This document shows positions 1 through 13,354 of a stretch of 64,000 nucleotides of DNA, piece by piece. How positions within the stretch are numbered: position 1 is the first letter of the stretch; each line of letters begins with the position of its first letter. The notes under the pieces are model-generated. The model was not told the origin of the DNA. It searched no databases and was given only the letters and a program-made list of their open reading frames with translations. The stretch is from Utricularia gibba (Eukaryota; Plantae; Magnoliophyta): the NCBI GenBank assembly GCA_002189035.1, contig NEEC01000018.1:1364001-1428000 (forward strand), read 5' to 3'. The position numbers and the translations under genes were made by a program.

Positions 1-108
1 AAAGATAAGTGAATAGATTTCGCGGAAATAATTGTTTGGAAAGGCATTCTCTCAATCTTTCGAGCAAAGACAACTTCAAAGAAAAAAAATAAAATTGATG
101 GTGAATAC

Positions 109-279
109 CTCAGACGTGCTGGAGCCAAATTGAAGGAGACCAGCTTGCCCTTTCGACGATGCGGTTTTGTTTTTGAGTTCTTCAATTTTCCGCCGCTCGG
201 CTTCTCTCTGCTTCTCCAGCCGCCGTATACGAACGGCATCCTGCGCCGTGCCTACATAACCGTCCCCCATGCCGGCCAT
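109..279 (-). CDS. XCT: XAP5 CIRCADIAN TIMEKEEPER (FAM50/XAP5 family), exon 1; gene continues off the left edge
   Basis: MAGMGDGYVGTAQDAVRIRRLEKQREAERRKIEELK...GLLQFGSSTSE matches the XCT N-terminus; GT donor at 108-107. Confidence 0.93.
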
Positions 280-596
280 GACTGCACCAAGGATTTTCCG
301 TCAGTCGCACCAAATGAGATAAATTAGGGTTCCCAAAAAAAGAATTCAGGGGGAGAACAGTTCCCAGTAGAATCCGTTGTCCGCCCTTCAGTATGAGGCA
401 TTAGTCACAGTTATATACTAATTAAAATTTTTAAAACGAGCGCGTGTGTTACACTTCCGCTTTACGCGGCTGGGACATTATTGGAGTTTAGATGGCAGTT
501 ATGAAAATGGAATGCCATCTCAAATTTGGATTTGGGCTCCGATCTCGGGAGTTCCGATAGCCTACTTCAGGCAGCCACCGTAGAAATATCCTAAAT

Positions 597-2447
<1,851 letters not shown>

Positions 2448-3371
2448 TTTTTGTGTTTGATGCAGATCCTTTACTGAAACAGTATAAATTACGACAAAGG
2501 TTCTGTGGCTGCACACCATGATCTACCACAGATATGTATGATAATTATTCAATAATGTAACTTTTTTTTGGGTAAAATGACATTCTTCACACGCTGATGA
2601 GAAAATTTCACTTTACACGTTTGATGTAAAACTTCAGATCAGGATCAGGATTACACTCTTTTCATAATATAAAGTTGTTAGGCTGCAGTCTTTTCATTTT
2701 AACCACAGGATCAGGATTGCAGATAACACTACTGTGTGTACCTGTTTTTTAAAAAAACAGCCATCTTAAGCAGCACAACACCCTGCTAGTTGATCAGTAA
2801 CCCCACTTCCACACGGTTTATAAGCTCATCAGAAGGCGTAGAACTCTACTTTTTTTTTTTTCATGTTAATCGAGTTCATTTTAACGCAAAAGGTGTAAGC
2901 TCACCAAAAGGCATAGAACCCCACTCCTGTTTTATGTTTTAGTGCTTCATACTCCAAGATGATCGCAAAGCATACCATGTGATGTCATACACTATGCATC
3001 CTCTGATGTATTTACATACTCAACGTAACGGCGCCACCCACAGTTGAAAATTTGCATTGGATTTTGCTAACCAGTTATCATGTACAGGGGCCGTGTTTCT
3101 CTCCTGGTCGTGGCAGATTCTCTGCACTTGCCACCTTCATAGAAATGATTAGTGGCATAAACACGTGACATGTTATTTCTGGTAAAGTAGATCGGTATCA
3201 CATTGAATTCCTGGATGATGCAATGTTTGCAACTTGCTCTGTGTATATATAGCTCACCCCTCTTGCAGAATGTCAAACACCAGCAAATCTTCTGAGCAAC
3301 TTTGTGCCTATTCTTGGAAGTTTATGCTACTTTTCATTCTGTTTTGCCTGATTTCTTGTCTTCAAGTATAA

Positions 3372-3650
3372 ATGGCTATCCGGAAGATCATCAAACGTTC
3401 CCTTTCCTTCGATAAAAGAGGAGTTTCACCAGGGAATGAGGTCAGGAAAGGGCATTTTGCTGTGTATGTTGGGGAGAATGACAAGGAAAGGAAGAGATTT
3501 GTGATCCCTGTGTCCTACTTGAAGTATCCATCTTTCCAAGAACTGCTACTTCTAGCTGAGGAAGAGTTCGGGTTCGATCATCAGAGTGGTGCGCTTACCA
3601 TTCCATGTAGCGAGCGTCTCTTTGTGGAGATAATCTCCCGCTTCACATGA
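3372..3650 (+). CDS. SAUR: SAUR auxin-responsive protein (92 aa, intronless)
   Basis: KGHFAVYVG...[37 protein letters not shown] is the SAUR domain signature. Confidence 0.96.
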   Translation: MAIRKIIKRSLSFDKRGVSPGNEVRKGHFAVYVGENDKERKRFVIPVSYLKYPSFQELLLLAEEEFGFDHQSGALTIPCSERLFVEIISRFT

Positions 3651-3728
3651 TGAAACTGATGAGCAGAAACGGAGCTTAGTAAAAAGAGCCCGGCAGCTCC
3701 ATTTTGTAGGTAGTAAAGAACTAATCTT

Positions 3729-3764
3729 GGTACCTATATAGATCTGTATGAACATTCCTTGTAA
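3729..3764 (+). promoter_or_regulatory. Candidate DST mRNA-instability element in the SAUR 3' UTR
   Basis: ggtacctatATAGATctgtatgaacattccttGTAa contains the ATAGAT and GTA cores of the SAUR DST consensus, about 80 nt after the stop codon. Confidence 0.55.
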
Positions 3765-4601
3765 AATAATAGTTGGGGTTCGCGTTTGGCACCTAACAGC
3801 AGAATCATTGAAGCCAAACAAGGAACAATTTGTATGCTTGAGAGATGTATCATAAAACATTACTACTGAAACTAGATTATCAGACAGAAATCTTATTTAT
3901 TAGACATAAGCAATGACAAATCCATGAGAACCAAATATACTTGCCCAAAAAAAGACTAGTTAGCCAGAAGTCATTGAACCAGAGAAAAAACTGCCTGCAT
4001 TCCTCTTCTTCCTTTTCTCATGTTGCTTTGATCTCCACACTGAGCTACTCCTCTTCAGTCCTCACCACACCTGTGCATTCGTTACTGGTTTTCACATCAA
4101 GTTCCATGTGCATTTTCTTATAAAACGAAGGAAGAGCAACCCCCCAACAATTCTTATCTAATCATTGCTCAGTACACTGTAGAGAACAACGAAGCCATGT
4201 GCTGATTCTTCAGCATGTTTAGGGCTGAGCTGACTGAAACGTTTCTTTAACATCTGTGATGTTTGAATGTCTCAGACGTGCCTTTAATGAGTTTCCACGG
4301 AAATTTCAAGAAAAAGCAGAGATGCAATACAAAGAAGGACACGGCCCTACTCCTCAACGTACCCGCCAGCACAATCATGATCACTCCAGCAGCGCAGCAT
4401 TGCTGACAGGCCACCAACATATGGCTCTCATGTGCTCCTGGGATTTTCCAATCTTCGAAATGTCATCTCTTGTGGGTTATAAATGCAACCCCGTGATCAT
4501 CCTTCCATCTCACAACCTGCTACAAGAACAACAACAAGAGAGAAAAATTTATATCCTCCATTCCTCACTTTCCCCACTTCAATTCCCACTAGAGAGAAAC
4601 A

Positions 4602-4871
4602 ATGGCGATTCGGAAGATGTTGAAGCGATCTCTTTCGGGTGAAAGGAGATCAATTTCTTCAGGAAACGAGGTCCCAAAGGGGCATCTCGCCGTGTACGTC
4701 GGTGCCGATGAAAAGAAGCGATTCGTTATACCAGTGTCGTGCTTGAACAGTCCCTCGTTTCAAGAGCTGCTGTCTCTGGCCGAAGAAGAATACGGATTCC
4801 AACATCCGATGGGTGCTCTCACAATCCCCTGCAACGAAGATTTCTTCTTGGAGATCGTATCTCGAAGTTGA
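4602..4871 (+). CDS. SAUR: SAUR auxin-responsive protein (89 aa, intronless)
   Basis: [54 protein letters not shown]. Confidence 0.96.
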   Translation: MAIRKMLKRSLSGERRSISSGNEVPKGHLAVYVGADEKKRFVIPVSCLNSPSFQELLSLAEEEYGFQHPMGALTIPCNEDFFLEIVSRS

Positions 4872-5818
4872 ACCTTGGAGAATCCAGATGCCGACGACTC
4901 GGCAGATTTGAATCCGATTCAACCGGGAACCCTCATCCAGTTACCGAAACCATGAAAGCGGTGGCTCGAGGATCCAGTACAACAGTAGTAGGGAACCTGC
5001 AATGAGATTTCCAGTGCCTCTTGTAAATTGACTGAGTAACAGTAGATGCTAATGATCATTTTCTTAAACAAAAAAGGACTCAAGTTTAGCTATCTCCACT
5101 GCCTCGAAATTGTCGTATAATTGTAGACAGCAAAATTTCTTAGACAGGAGCTCATAAACCTGACCAAAAAAACTGAAACAAAAGAAGAACAAATAGAAGA
5201 AGAGATGTATACCAGAAATGCAACAATCCCATTACTAGTGAAGTGGATTGCACCGGGACATTCTTTATTTAACATCCAGAGTGATAAATCTGGCACTACA
5301 AAAGGGAAAAGAACAGTGCAGGCAAACGAAGAGGCATAGAAACATCACCAGTGGATTTCACAGTTCCAATTGCATGGAGTAACACAGTAACGCCCAGTAA
5401 TTCCATTTCCACCAAGGTTTATACACTGTAGACGACAGCGAAGCCATGTGCAGATTCAACATGTTTGGCATTGGAAGTGATTGAAGTCGACTTCACAGCT
5501 GTGTTGTGTTTAATGTCCGTGATGTGCAGTACATTCAACGAAAGGAAACCCCACTGACATTCAACAATAAGCTGTGGTGTTCCATGAATGAAATGAAAGG
5601 AGCGCAGGGGCCTACTCCGTAACGTACCAGCAAGCAGAGATGTCCATCACTGCCCAAGATCAGCAAAGCTGTTTGTGACAGAACACCAACATGTGAATCT
5701 CAGCTGCTCATGGAATTTTCAACTCTTCAAGATCTCATCTTTTGAGGTATGTATACACATGCGACCCGGGATCATACATAAGCAATAGAATTCCTCCCAA
5801 TGCACATCAAATTCCTCA

Positions 5819-6038
5819 CCCATCTCCCAACTCTCACACCTCAAGAAAAAATTTTCAATGGCGATTCGTCATATACAGAGAGGCGACCTCTTTCGGGTGA
5901 AAAGAGATCAATTTCATCCGTAAACGTTACCCCATCTCCCAATTCTCCCACCTCAAGAAAAAAATTTCAATGGCGATCCGTCATATACTGAGAGGCGATC
6001 GCTTTCGGGTGAAAAGAGATCAATTTCATCCGTAAACG
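5819..6038 (+). repeat. 112-bp-period tandem duplication covering the SAUR 5' UTR and start
   Basis: Units 5819-5926 and 5931-6038 both run cccatctcccaa...cctcaagaaaaa...caatggcgat...cgtaaacg. Confidence 0.9.
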
Positions 6039-6190
6039 AAGTACAAAATGCGCACATCGCCGTATACGTCAATGGCGGTAAAAACGAGCGGTTGTGCCGT
6101 TCATCAACAGCCCTCGTTTCAAGAATTGCTGCCTCATCCGATGGGAGGCGTCACCATCCCCCGCTACGAAGATTTGGGAGCCCAATTCCA
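5858..6190 (+). pseudogene. SAUR: SAUR pseudogene with a duplicated 5' end
   Basis: DNA similarity to the 4602 SAUR (atggcgattcg, tttcgggtgaaaagagatcaatttc, ccctcgtttcaaga, catccgatggg); frameshifts and internal deletions; two start copies at 5858 and 5970. Confidence 0.85.
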
Positions 6191-6373
6191 ATGTACCCGC
6201 CGAATGAAGAACCCATGCCCTAGAGGCTGAATGACAGCAGCCGGAGGAAGAACTGGGTAATATGTTGTTTGTTGCTTCCATTAAAACCCTTTAATTTGTA
6301 ATTAACGTGTTGTTTAATTAAACAAATTACCCATTAAGAAAAGCCATCATTTATTCATTAGAACAGTGTTCAC

Positions 6374-7744
6374 TCACTGTAACATGCTTACAATGTTTAT
6401 GTCCGAAGCATGCGCCAGAGCTTCTTCCCTGAGCTGTTTTGATCTACTTCTCGCACCTTCATGTCCCATGAGCTTCACTATCATGGCGGCTATTTCCCCT
6501 CCATCTACCAAATCCTTCTGACCCCAACCCCATTTGCCCATCATTCCGAAGCCCCCCTTCTCCACCACCCCCGCATTCACCATCTGATCACCGTGCTGCG
6601 GCCACGCCAGTATCGGAACGCCATACCTAACGGCCTCCACCACTGAATTCCACCCACAGTGGCTCAAAAAGCCTCCAACAGCTCTATGACCCAGAACCGC
6701 TTCCTGATCCACCCACCCCTTAATCACGATTCCCTTGTTCTTCGTCTTCTCCAGAAATGATGCTCCTAGTATGTTTTCGATCTCTTCCTTATCATCTTTG
6801 TCCACTTTGCTGCCTTTAAACACCCATAAGAAGTTGCACTTGCTTTGCTCCAACCCGGAGGCGAGTTCTCGGAATTGGTTTAGGGGGAGCGACGTTCTGT
6901 TTCCGAAGCTGACAAAGAGGACGGACTCTGGGGACTGGTTGTCCAGCCAGGGAAGAACATTGATAGTTTCTGCTTTTAAATCGAAGCTGGGTAAGGGGCC
7001 AATGGGGAGAATTGTTGATGGGAGAGTACTCTTGAGTTCTTCAACTGCTTCTGGTTCCAAGGAGGAGAACGAGTTTATGAGAACCCCTTTGGATTTGTGC
7101 AGAGATGAGGCGTTTGTGGATATGTTGGCCGAAAAGAAGTAGTGTGGATCGAGAATGGGAGGAGGAATTCTTGAAATTGGTATCTGCGTGAACTGGGAAA
7201 GTTGAAATTCTGAATCTGAACGCTGTTGCGCATTCACTTTCTCTTGAAGAATCCGAGGGAGTTGAGACATTAGAGTGAAAAATGTGGCGGAAGTAGTAAT
7301 AAGAGTGAAGACAGGAATGGAGAGAGTAGACGCCAGTTCAGAAACGGCAGCAGTCACCCCAAAATCGGCGACGATGGCAGAAATTGGGGACGACAGAGAA
7401 GAAGAGGAGAGTTGAGAAGACAAGAGAGGAACGGAATTGTATATGGATTCAACTTGAATAAAGAAGGGATCCACATTTGTGAACTTGGATCCGGTGTGAG
7501 GAAGCAAGTGAAAGTCGAGGCGGTGGATGGCCGGGAAGGAGGTGAAGAATTGGGAAAGTAGTTGGGATTCAGCGTGGCTGACCGTGGGTTGGGGGATGAT
7601 CAGAGTGACGACGGCGCCGCGAGAATTGAGCATCACGGCGAGGCGGAGGAAGGGGAGCAAGTGGCCCGTGCCGGCGCAGGGAAGGAGAGCAAAATGGAGT
7701 TTCGCTTCGGCGCTGCCGCCGTTGGTTATTGGCTCCATCGTCAT
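6374..7744 (-). CDS. UGT708: UDP-glycosyltransferase, UGT708 / C-glycosyltransferase type (intact, intronless, 456 aa)
   Basis: [32 protein letters not shown] motif, and PSPG box WVDQEAVLGHRAVGGFLSHCGWNSVVEAVRYGVPILAWPQHGDQ. Confidence 0.88.
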   Translation of the reverse strand: MTMEPITNGGSAEAKLHFALLPCAGTGHLLPFLRLAVMLNSRGAVVTLIIPQPTVSHAESQLLSQFFTSFPAIHRLDFHLLPHTGSKFTNVDPFFIQVESIYNSVPLLSSQLSSSSLSSPISAIVADFGVTAAVSELASTLSIPVFTLITTSATFFTLMSQLPRILQEKVNAQQRSDSEFQLSQFTQIPISRIPPPILDPHYFFSANISTNASSLHKSKGVLINSFSSLEPEAVEELKSTLPSTILPIGPLPSFDLKAETINVLPWLDNQSPESVLFVSFGNRTSLPLNQFRELASGLEQSKCNFLWVFKGSKVDKDDKEEIENILGASFLEKTKNKGIVIKGWVDQEAVLGHRAVGGFLSHCGWNSVVEAVRYGVPILAWPQHGDQMVNAGVVEKGGFGMMGKWGWGQKDLVDGGEIAAMIVKLMGHEGARSRSKQLREEALAHASDINIVSMLQ

Positions 7745-8177
7745 CGGGACAAAACAAACGGTGGCCAGTGAGAGGGTAAGTTGGATAACGTCGGTGAATA
7801 TGAGCAGGTTTTATCCGGAAGAAGTAATAAATTCCCCCGGCGCTGGTTGTTGGCTCCATCGCCTTCTGCACAACACGCGGTGGCTGGTAAGGGAAAATTA
7901 GGTACAACGACCACGCACGCCGTATCTTCCTCACAAGTGGGGATTGAAAAGGAGCGGTTGTGTCGTCCCCATGCTTACTCCGGCAACCACAGTCGCCGGC
8001 GCAGCTCCGCAGATTTGGGAGCCCTAATTCCAATTCCACCGCCGAGGACAGCAACGGTCGCCATTGGAAACATATTATTTCCATTAAAACTATTTAATTT
8101 GAATTAATTTTTTTATTTAATTAAATAAATTACCCATTAAGAAGCCGTTATTTATTCATGAGAGAATTGACGCGCGC

Positions 8178-9543
8178 TCACTCTAACATGCGCATGATGT
8201 TGATATGAGAAGCGTGCGCCAGAGCTTCTTCCTTGAGACTTTTTGCTCTGCTTCGCACACCTTCATCTGCCATGAGCTTCACGATCATGGCGGCTATTGC
8301 CCCTCCATGCACCACCTTATTCTGGCACCAGCCCCAGTCTTCACCCATAATTCCGAACCCCCCTTCTCCACCGCCTCCTCATTGACCATCTGATCGCCGA
8401 GCTGCGGCCAGGCCAGTACCGGAACCCCAGACCTAACGGCCTCCACCACTGAATTCCACCCACAATGGCTCAGAAATGCTCCAATCGCTCTATGACCCAG
8501 AATCCTTCCCTGATCAACCCATCCCTTAATCACCATTCCCTTGTTCTTCGTCCTCTCCAGAAATGAGGCTCCAAGTATGTTTTCGATCTCTTCCTTGTCT
8601 TCTTTGTCCACTATGTTGCCTTTAAACAGCCATAAGAAGTTGCATCCGCTTTGCTCCAACCCGGAGGCGAGTTCTAGAACTTGGTCTACGGGGAGGGATG
8701 TTCTGTTTCCGAAGCCGACAAAGAGGACGGACTCTGGGGGCTGATCGTCTAGCCAGGGAAGAACATTGACAGTGTCTGCATCTGAACCGAAGCAGGGCAA
8801 AGGGCCAATGGGAAGAATGGGTGATGGGAGGTTACTCTTGAGGTCTTCAAGTGCTTCTGGTTCCAAGGAGGAGAATGTGTTTAGGAAAACTCCTTTGGAT
8901 TTGTGCAGAGATAAGACGTTTGCGATTATGTTGGACGAAAAGAAGTGGTGTGGATCAAGCATGGGTGGAGGAATTTTTGAAACTGGTATCTGCGTGAACT
9001 GGGTAAGTTGAAATACTGAATCTGAACGCTGCTGCCCGTTCACTTTCTCTTGAATAATCCGAGGGAGTTTAGACATTAGATTGAAAAATGTGGCGGAAGT
9101 AACAGCGAGGGTGTAGACAGGAATGGCGAGTGTAGAAGCGAGTTCAGAAACGGCGCCGGTAACCGCAAAATCGGAGACGATGGCAGTTATTGGGATGGCA
9201 GAGAAGAAGAACGGAGTTGAGAAGACAAGAGAGGAACGGAGTTGTATATGGATTCAAATTGAATGAAGAAGGGGTCCTCATTCTTGAAGCTGGATTTGGT
9301 GTACGGAAGCAAGTGAAAGTCCAGGCGATGGATGGCCGGGTAGGAGCTGAAGAAATGGTTAAGTAGGTGGGATTCAGCGTAGCTGACAGTAGGCTGGGGG
9401 ACGATCAGAGTGACCGCAGCGCCGTGAGAATTGAGCATCGCGGCGAGGCGGAGGAAGGGGAGCAAGTGGCCCGTGCCGGCGCAGGGAAGCAGAGCAAAAT
9501 GGAATTTCGCTTCGGCGGCGCCGCCGTTCGTTGTTGGCTCCAT
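8178..9543 (-). pseudogene. UGT708: Second UGT708-type copy with two 1-nt frameshifts
   Basis: Collinear with the 6374-7744 copy. Deletion at about 9192 (TCC CA ATA versus TCC CCA ATT) gives a premature TAA; a second net 1-nt loss at about 8345-8365 follows the PSPG box; the restored stop is at 8178-8180. Could be assembly error. Confidence 0.75.
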
Positions 9544-9890
9544 CGTCTTCGGGAATATGAGCAGCAACTATATATAGGAGAAAGAATGCACCCTATCGTC
9601 GGTGAATATGAGCAGCTTATTTATATCTGGAAGAAGCAATAAAATCATCGCCGGTGAGAGGGGAAATAGTTGACGACGACCACAGACGCCTCGTTTCAGA
9701 AGTGGGGTTTCAACCCAGGCTCACCCACGTGAACCTGAACTCGGTTTCTGGCGCCATGAAACCACTCGGCCATCCTGACAAGAGATGCTCAATCATGCAA
9801 TTTCTCACCAAATAATGTTTTCCGATGCTGCTAGATTAGTACTTGGGTAGTAATAACAGAAGCAAACATCTCTGTATTCACAGAAAGCTA

Positions 9891-11574
9891 TCATTTTGGA
9901 TCATTGGTCGCTGATGCACTTCCTTTGGACACTTGAGACTGCTGATATTCATCGTTCTGATGCTCCTGATCAATGTTCAATTCACTTGGTTGACGTTCTT
10001 CTCGCACAGGGGATGCCTGGAGGCTCATCATAACCAGGTGGAACTCCGAGCTCTCTCGAGTTACCTCCATTGTCTCCAACTTCAGTCGTTGCACTTCTGT
10101 CGACAGTGCACTGTGAAGCGCTGCCATAGAAGCATTACATTCTTATTTAGCGCAGTAACTTGAAAACTGAAGCATTGGAAATCCATACCATCCTGGAGTT
10201 GAGCATGTTGCTGCATGGCCTGCAACCGGTACTTGAGCTCATTGTTATGGTTTGACAATTCAATTGTTTCTCTCTGAAAAAAGAAGAAAACAACAGATGA
10301 AAGAAAGTTCATCTCTGAAGTATTCCCTTCTTGAACTTACAAAAGGGTTGCTCAGCTCAACTCCCTCACCTGAAGCACAGTAAGTTGAGCGCACAATGAT
10401 GTTGCTTCAGCTTGTAGTGCACGAACCTTGCTTTCCAAATCAGCCATGTATCGCATCTTTCGCTCTTTTGATCGAGCAGCCGATTGCCGGTTCGCCATGA
10501 TTCTGCATCACAGGTCAGGAATAACTATTCATCATTCTTTCTTTATGGATTAAGAAAACAGAGCATGAAGTTGATACCTAGTAGCCCTCTTGGAATCACT
10601 TGATTCTGTCTCAGTTGACCTCCCACTTGCCTCTACTGTGTTTGCAGCTGCACCCTGCCTGAACAGCATCCCTTGAGGTAGAGCCATTTGGGGAGACTCT
10701 GCACCAAAATATGCATTTCTCTGGCTTCCATCTACTGATAAACTATGGCGATGCTTACCCTTAGAAGCCATGCCCCTCGTACCATTCCTTCTTACCCCTT
10801 CACTTATTTTCATGGTGCTTTCACTGCCGCTAGTTTCATCATTTTCACTGAAGCTACGTCCATTTATCTTCATCTCATCTTCTTTCCCCTTCAGAGAATT
10901 CCCAAGGAAGTTGTGTGGATTCTCAGAGTTCATATAAAAAGCGGTGAGGTCTTCACCATGCCTCCCTGGAGCCCATTCCTCTCCCTGATATGAATCCCTC
11001 TTCAGCAATGAACTCTCTCCATCAACAAAACTCCTATCAAACTGACAGGTACTTGTAATTTGGTTCTCTGATAAAGCTTGCAGTTCAGGAAAGTACCTGC
11101 TGAACATGAAGAGGATTGAGTTTTATTGTAGCATTTGTGACAGATGAAGGTGTCAGCTTACCCATAAGAGAAATCACTGTTAAATCTCCGATGATTATGT
11201 TCCCGAGGACCTGTTTCTCCAATCCACAACGCTCCACTCGAGGAAGGAAACAGCAAAGGGAAAGATTTCCCTTTCATGTCCTCCATGGCAACATCGCCAA
11301 ACAGACTGTCTGAAGGAGGCAAAGAATCAGGTCCAAGATACAGGTTTCTGAAACCTGATGAAGATGAATGAGGATGAGCAACACCAAAACCATTGATTCT
11401 GGTGCGTGTTTCAGCATCAAACTGCAACTGAAGTTGATTATTCCTATCAAATGAATCCTGCTGCTGCTCTCTAAGAAGCCATGATGATGAAGAAGCTTCA
11501 TGGAGTTTCTGAGCAACCTTTTCAGGAGAAGACTCAGTGCTAGCCCCTCCTTCAACATAACCATATCCACTCAT
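9891..11574 (-). CDS. Group I bZIP transcription factor (bZIP29/30, PosF21/RF2a-like)
   Basis: Phase-consistent exons 11574-11162, 11096-10578, 10502-10370, 10273-10189, 10120-9891. Motifs [70 protein letters not shown]. Confidence 0.92.
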
Positions 11575-13354
11575 TTCACACACTAGCACTTGAACCAGAC
11601 AAAAACAACAGGGGGTTTGTCCACCAGTATGCCTGTTTAAAAAGCAGTGCAAAATGTGGTAGCATCTGGAAATCCCAGAACCTGCGGGCCAGTTTTCGAT
11701 TCAAGGAAAATGCAACACACCTGTATAGATATCTATTGTTGGTAACCACATAAACAACACCAGATTTGCACTCCAAACATATCCACAAAACAACAGCACA
11801 AGGACACAGACACAGATAATTTTCTTTTGTCCATCTTTCCAAATCATTGATTACGAATCTAACTCAACCATGAACACGATGGGAAGGCTGCTAACTCGAC
11901 AACCCACATACTACAATTATGAAGCATTAGGCAGGTTGCTTTCTTTTAGTGAGAGCAGTGAGTGTGTTAGGTTTTCTGCATCAGAAAAACACAGTGGCGT
12001 TGCTGGTTTGGTTCATCACCCCAACCATTTCACGCTTCTGTGCATGCGATCTTTTTGTCTGGGTGGCTTTTAATGATGCTGTAAATGCATTCAGTGGCCG
12101 TTACCAAAAGCATTTGGGGCACTGCATGAAGCATGTAATAACAAATGTTTTGTCACTTCTTGTTGTATACATTCCCTTCTCGCTGAATCACTTGCTATAA
12201 TTAGAAACGGTGTGGGCCAGTAGATTACCGGTAGCCAACCCGACCCGTTTATTTACAAGTTTTTTTTAACTATTTTATTTTAATTTCACTAAATTTTGGT
12301 TTCCTACATGATTCTTCTGAAATTTAGGACTTTAAAATATATATATTTTTAATAGAATTCGATTTCTTTATATCCATCTAAATTTCAGACTTTAAATTGA
12401 ATTATAAATCAAAAATAAAAAATTTAGGTACCCCAAGTACAAGACAATTAAATATTATAACTTTTAAAAATTAAATAAAATTATTTTAAAAAATTCTATT
12501 TATATAATAAGTCCTAAGACTAAATAAATATAAATATGGTAAAATTAAAGCAACATTTTGGTTGTTATGGGATTTCCCTTATAGAAGCGACCATTTTTGG
12601 CTCTCATAATTGTGGAATTATTTTGGGATGGATGCTGCTATTTATATTAAATTAAGTAACTCCATACACAAAAATGAAATAATTAGGATAGTCGTTATTA
12701 AGGTATGTTCTAAAATAGGATATGGTTCGATTTCGAGTTATCGAAAAATATTAGAAACTAATTTTATTTCATATGTCAAACTTTAAAAACCAAACATGTC
12801 TGATATGTTAAATAATAACAATCAATTATGTCAATAGAGACTAACCAAGATTTGCCTAACTTGATTTTTGATGCCATAAGCGCATTTTAAGTGTAATAAT
12901 AAAGGTTATGACACCAAGATTTGCCTAACTTGATGCCTACTGGTTGAGTTGGATGAGAAAACTTTAATCATCGTTACTTTTTAATTAAGGTGGGGAAAGT
13001 ATCTTAGTGCACTAACTATATGTTTATATTTGGGGATAATTATATTGAAAAAAAATCATGAAACCTAATTGGGTCTAAAAATCATGAAACCATAATATGC
13101 TAAAATTGGGCCTTTTAAAGCCCTATAAATCCACCTAGGACCCCTTTGATACATATAATAAGATTTGATTTTCTCTATGATTGCATTTTTTTTTTTATAT
13201 GATGAACAAATCCACCTAAATCTCATATATACTATTGTATACCAAATGAGCTCCTGATTGATTTAGAAATATAGTCAAACTATGTAGAAAAATTAAATTT
13301 TTAATTTTTTGTATTAATATGTGATAAATAAAATAAAGATGAATGGAACTTCGG

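Noticed and set aside
6461-9642. Numerous plus-strand ORFs over the UGT genes
   Set aside because: Antisense shadows of GC-rich coding sequence with no independent motif; the same applies to overlapping ORFs at BRG, SKIP23, RopGEF, PGL and TCP.
12845-12934. Exact 21-bp direct repeat ccaagatttgcctaacttgat (12845-12865, 12914-12934)
   Set aside because: Only two copies in AT-rich intergenic DNA, so probably a slippage or repair duplication; not a CRISPR-like array or LTR pair.
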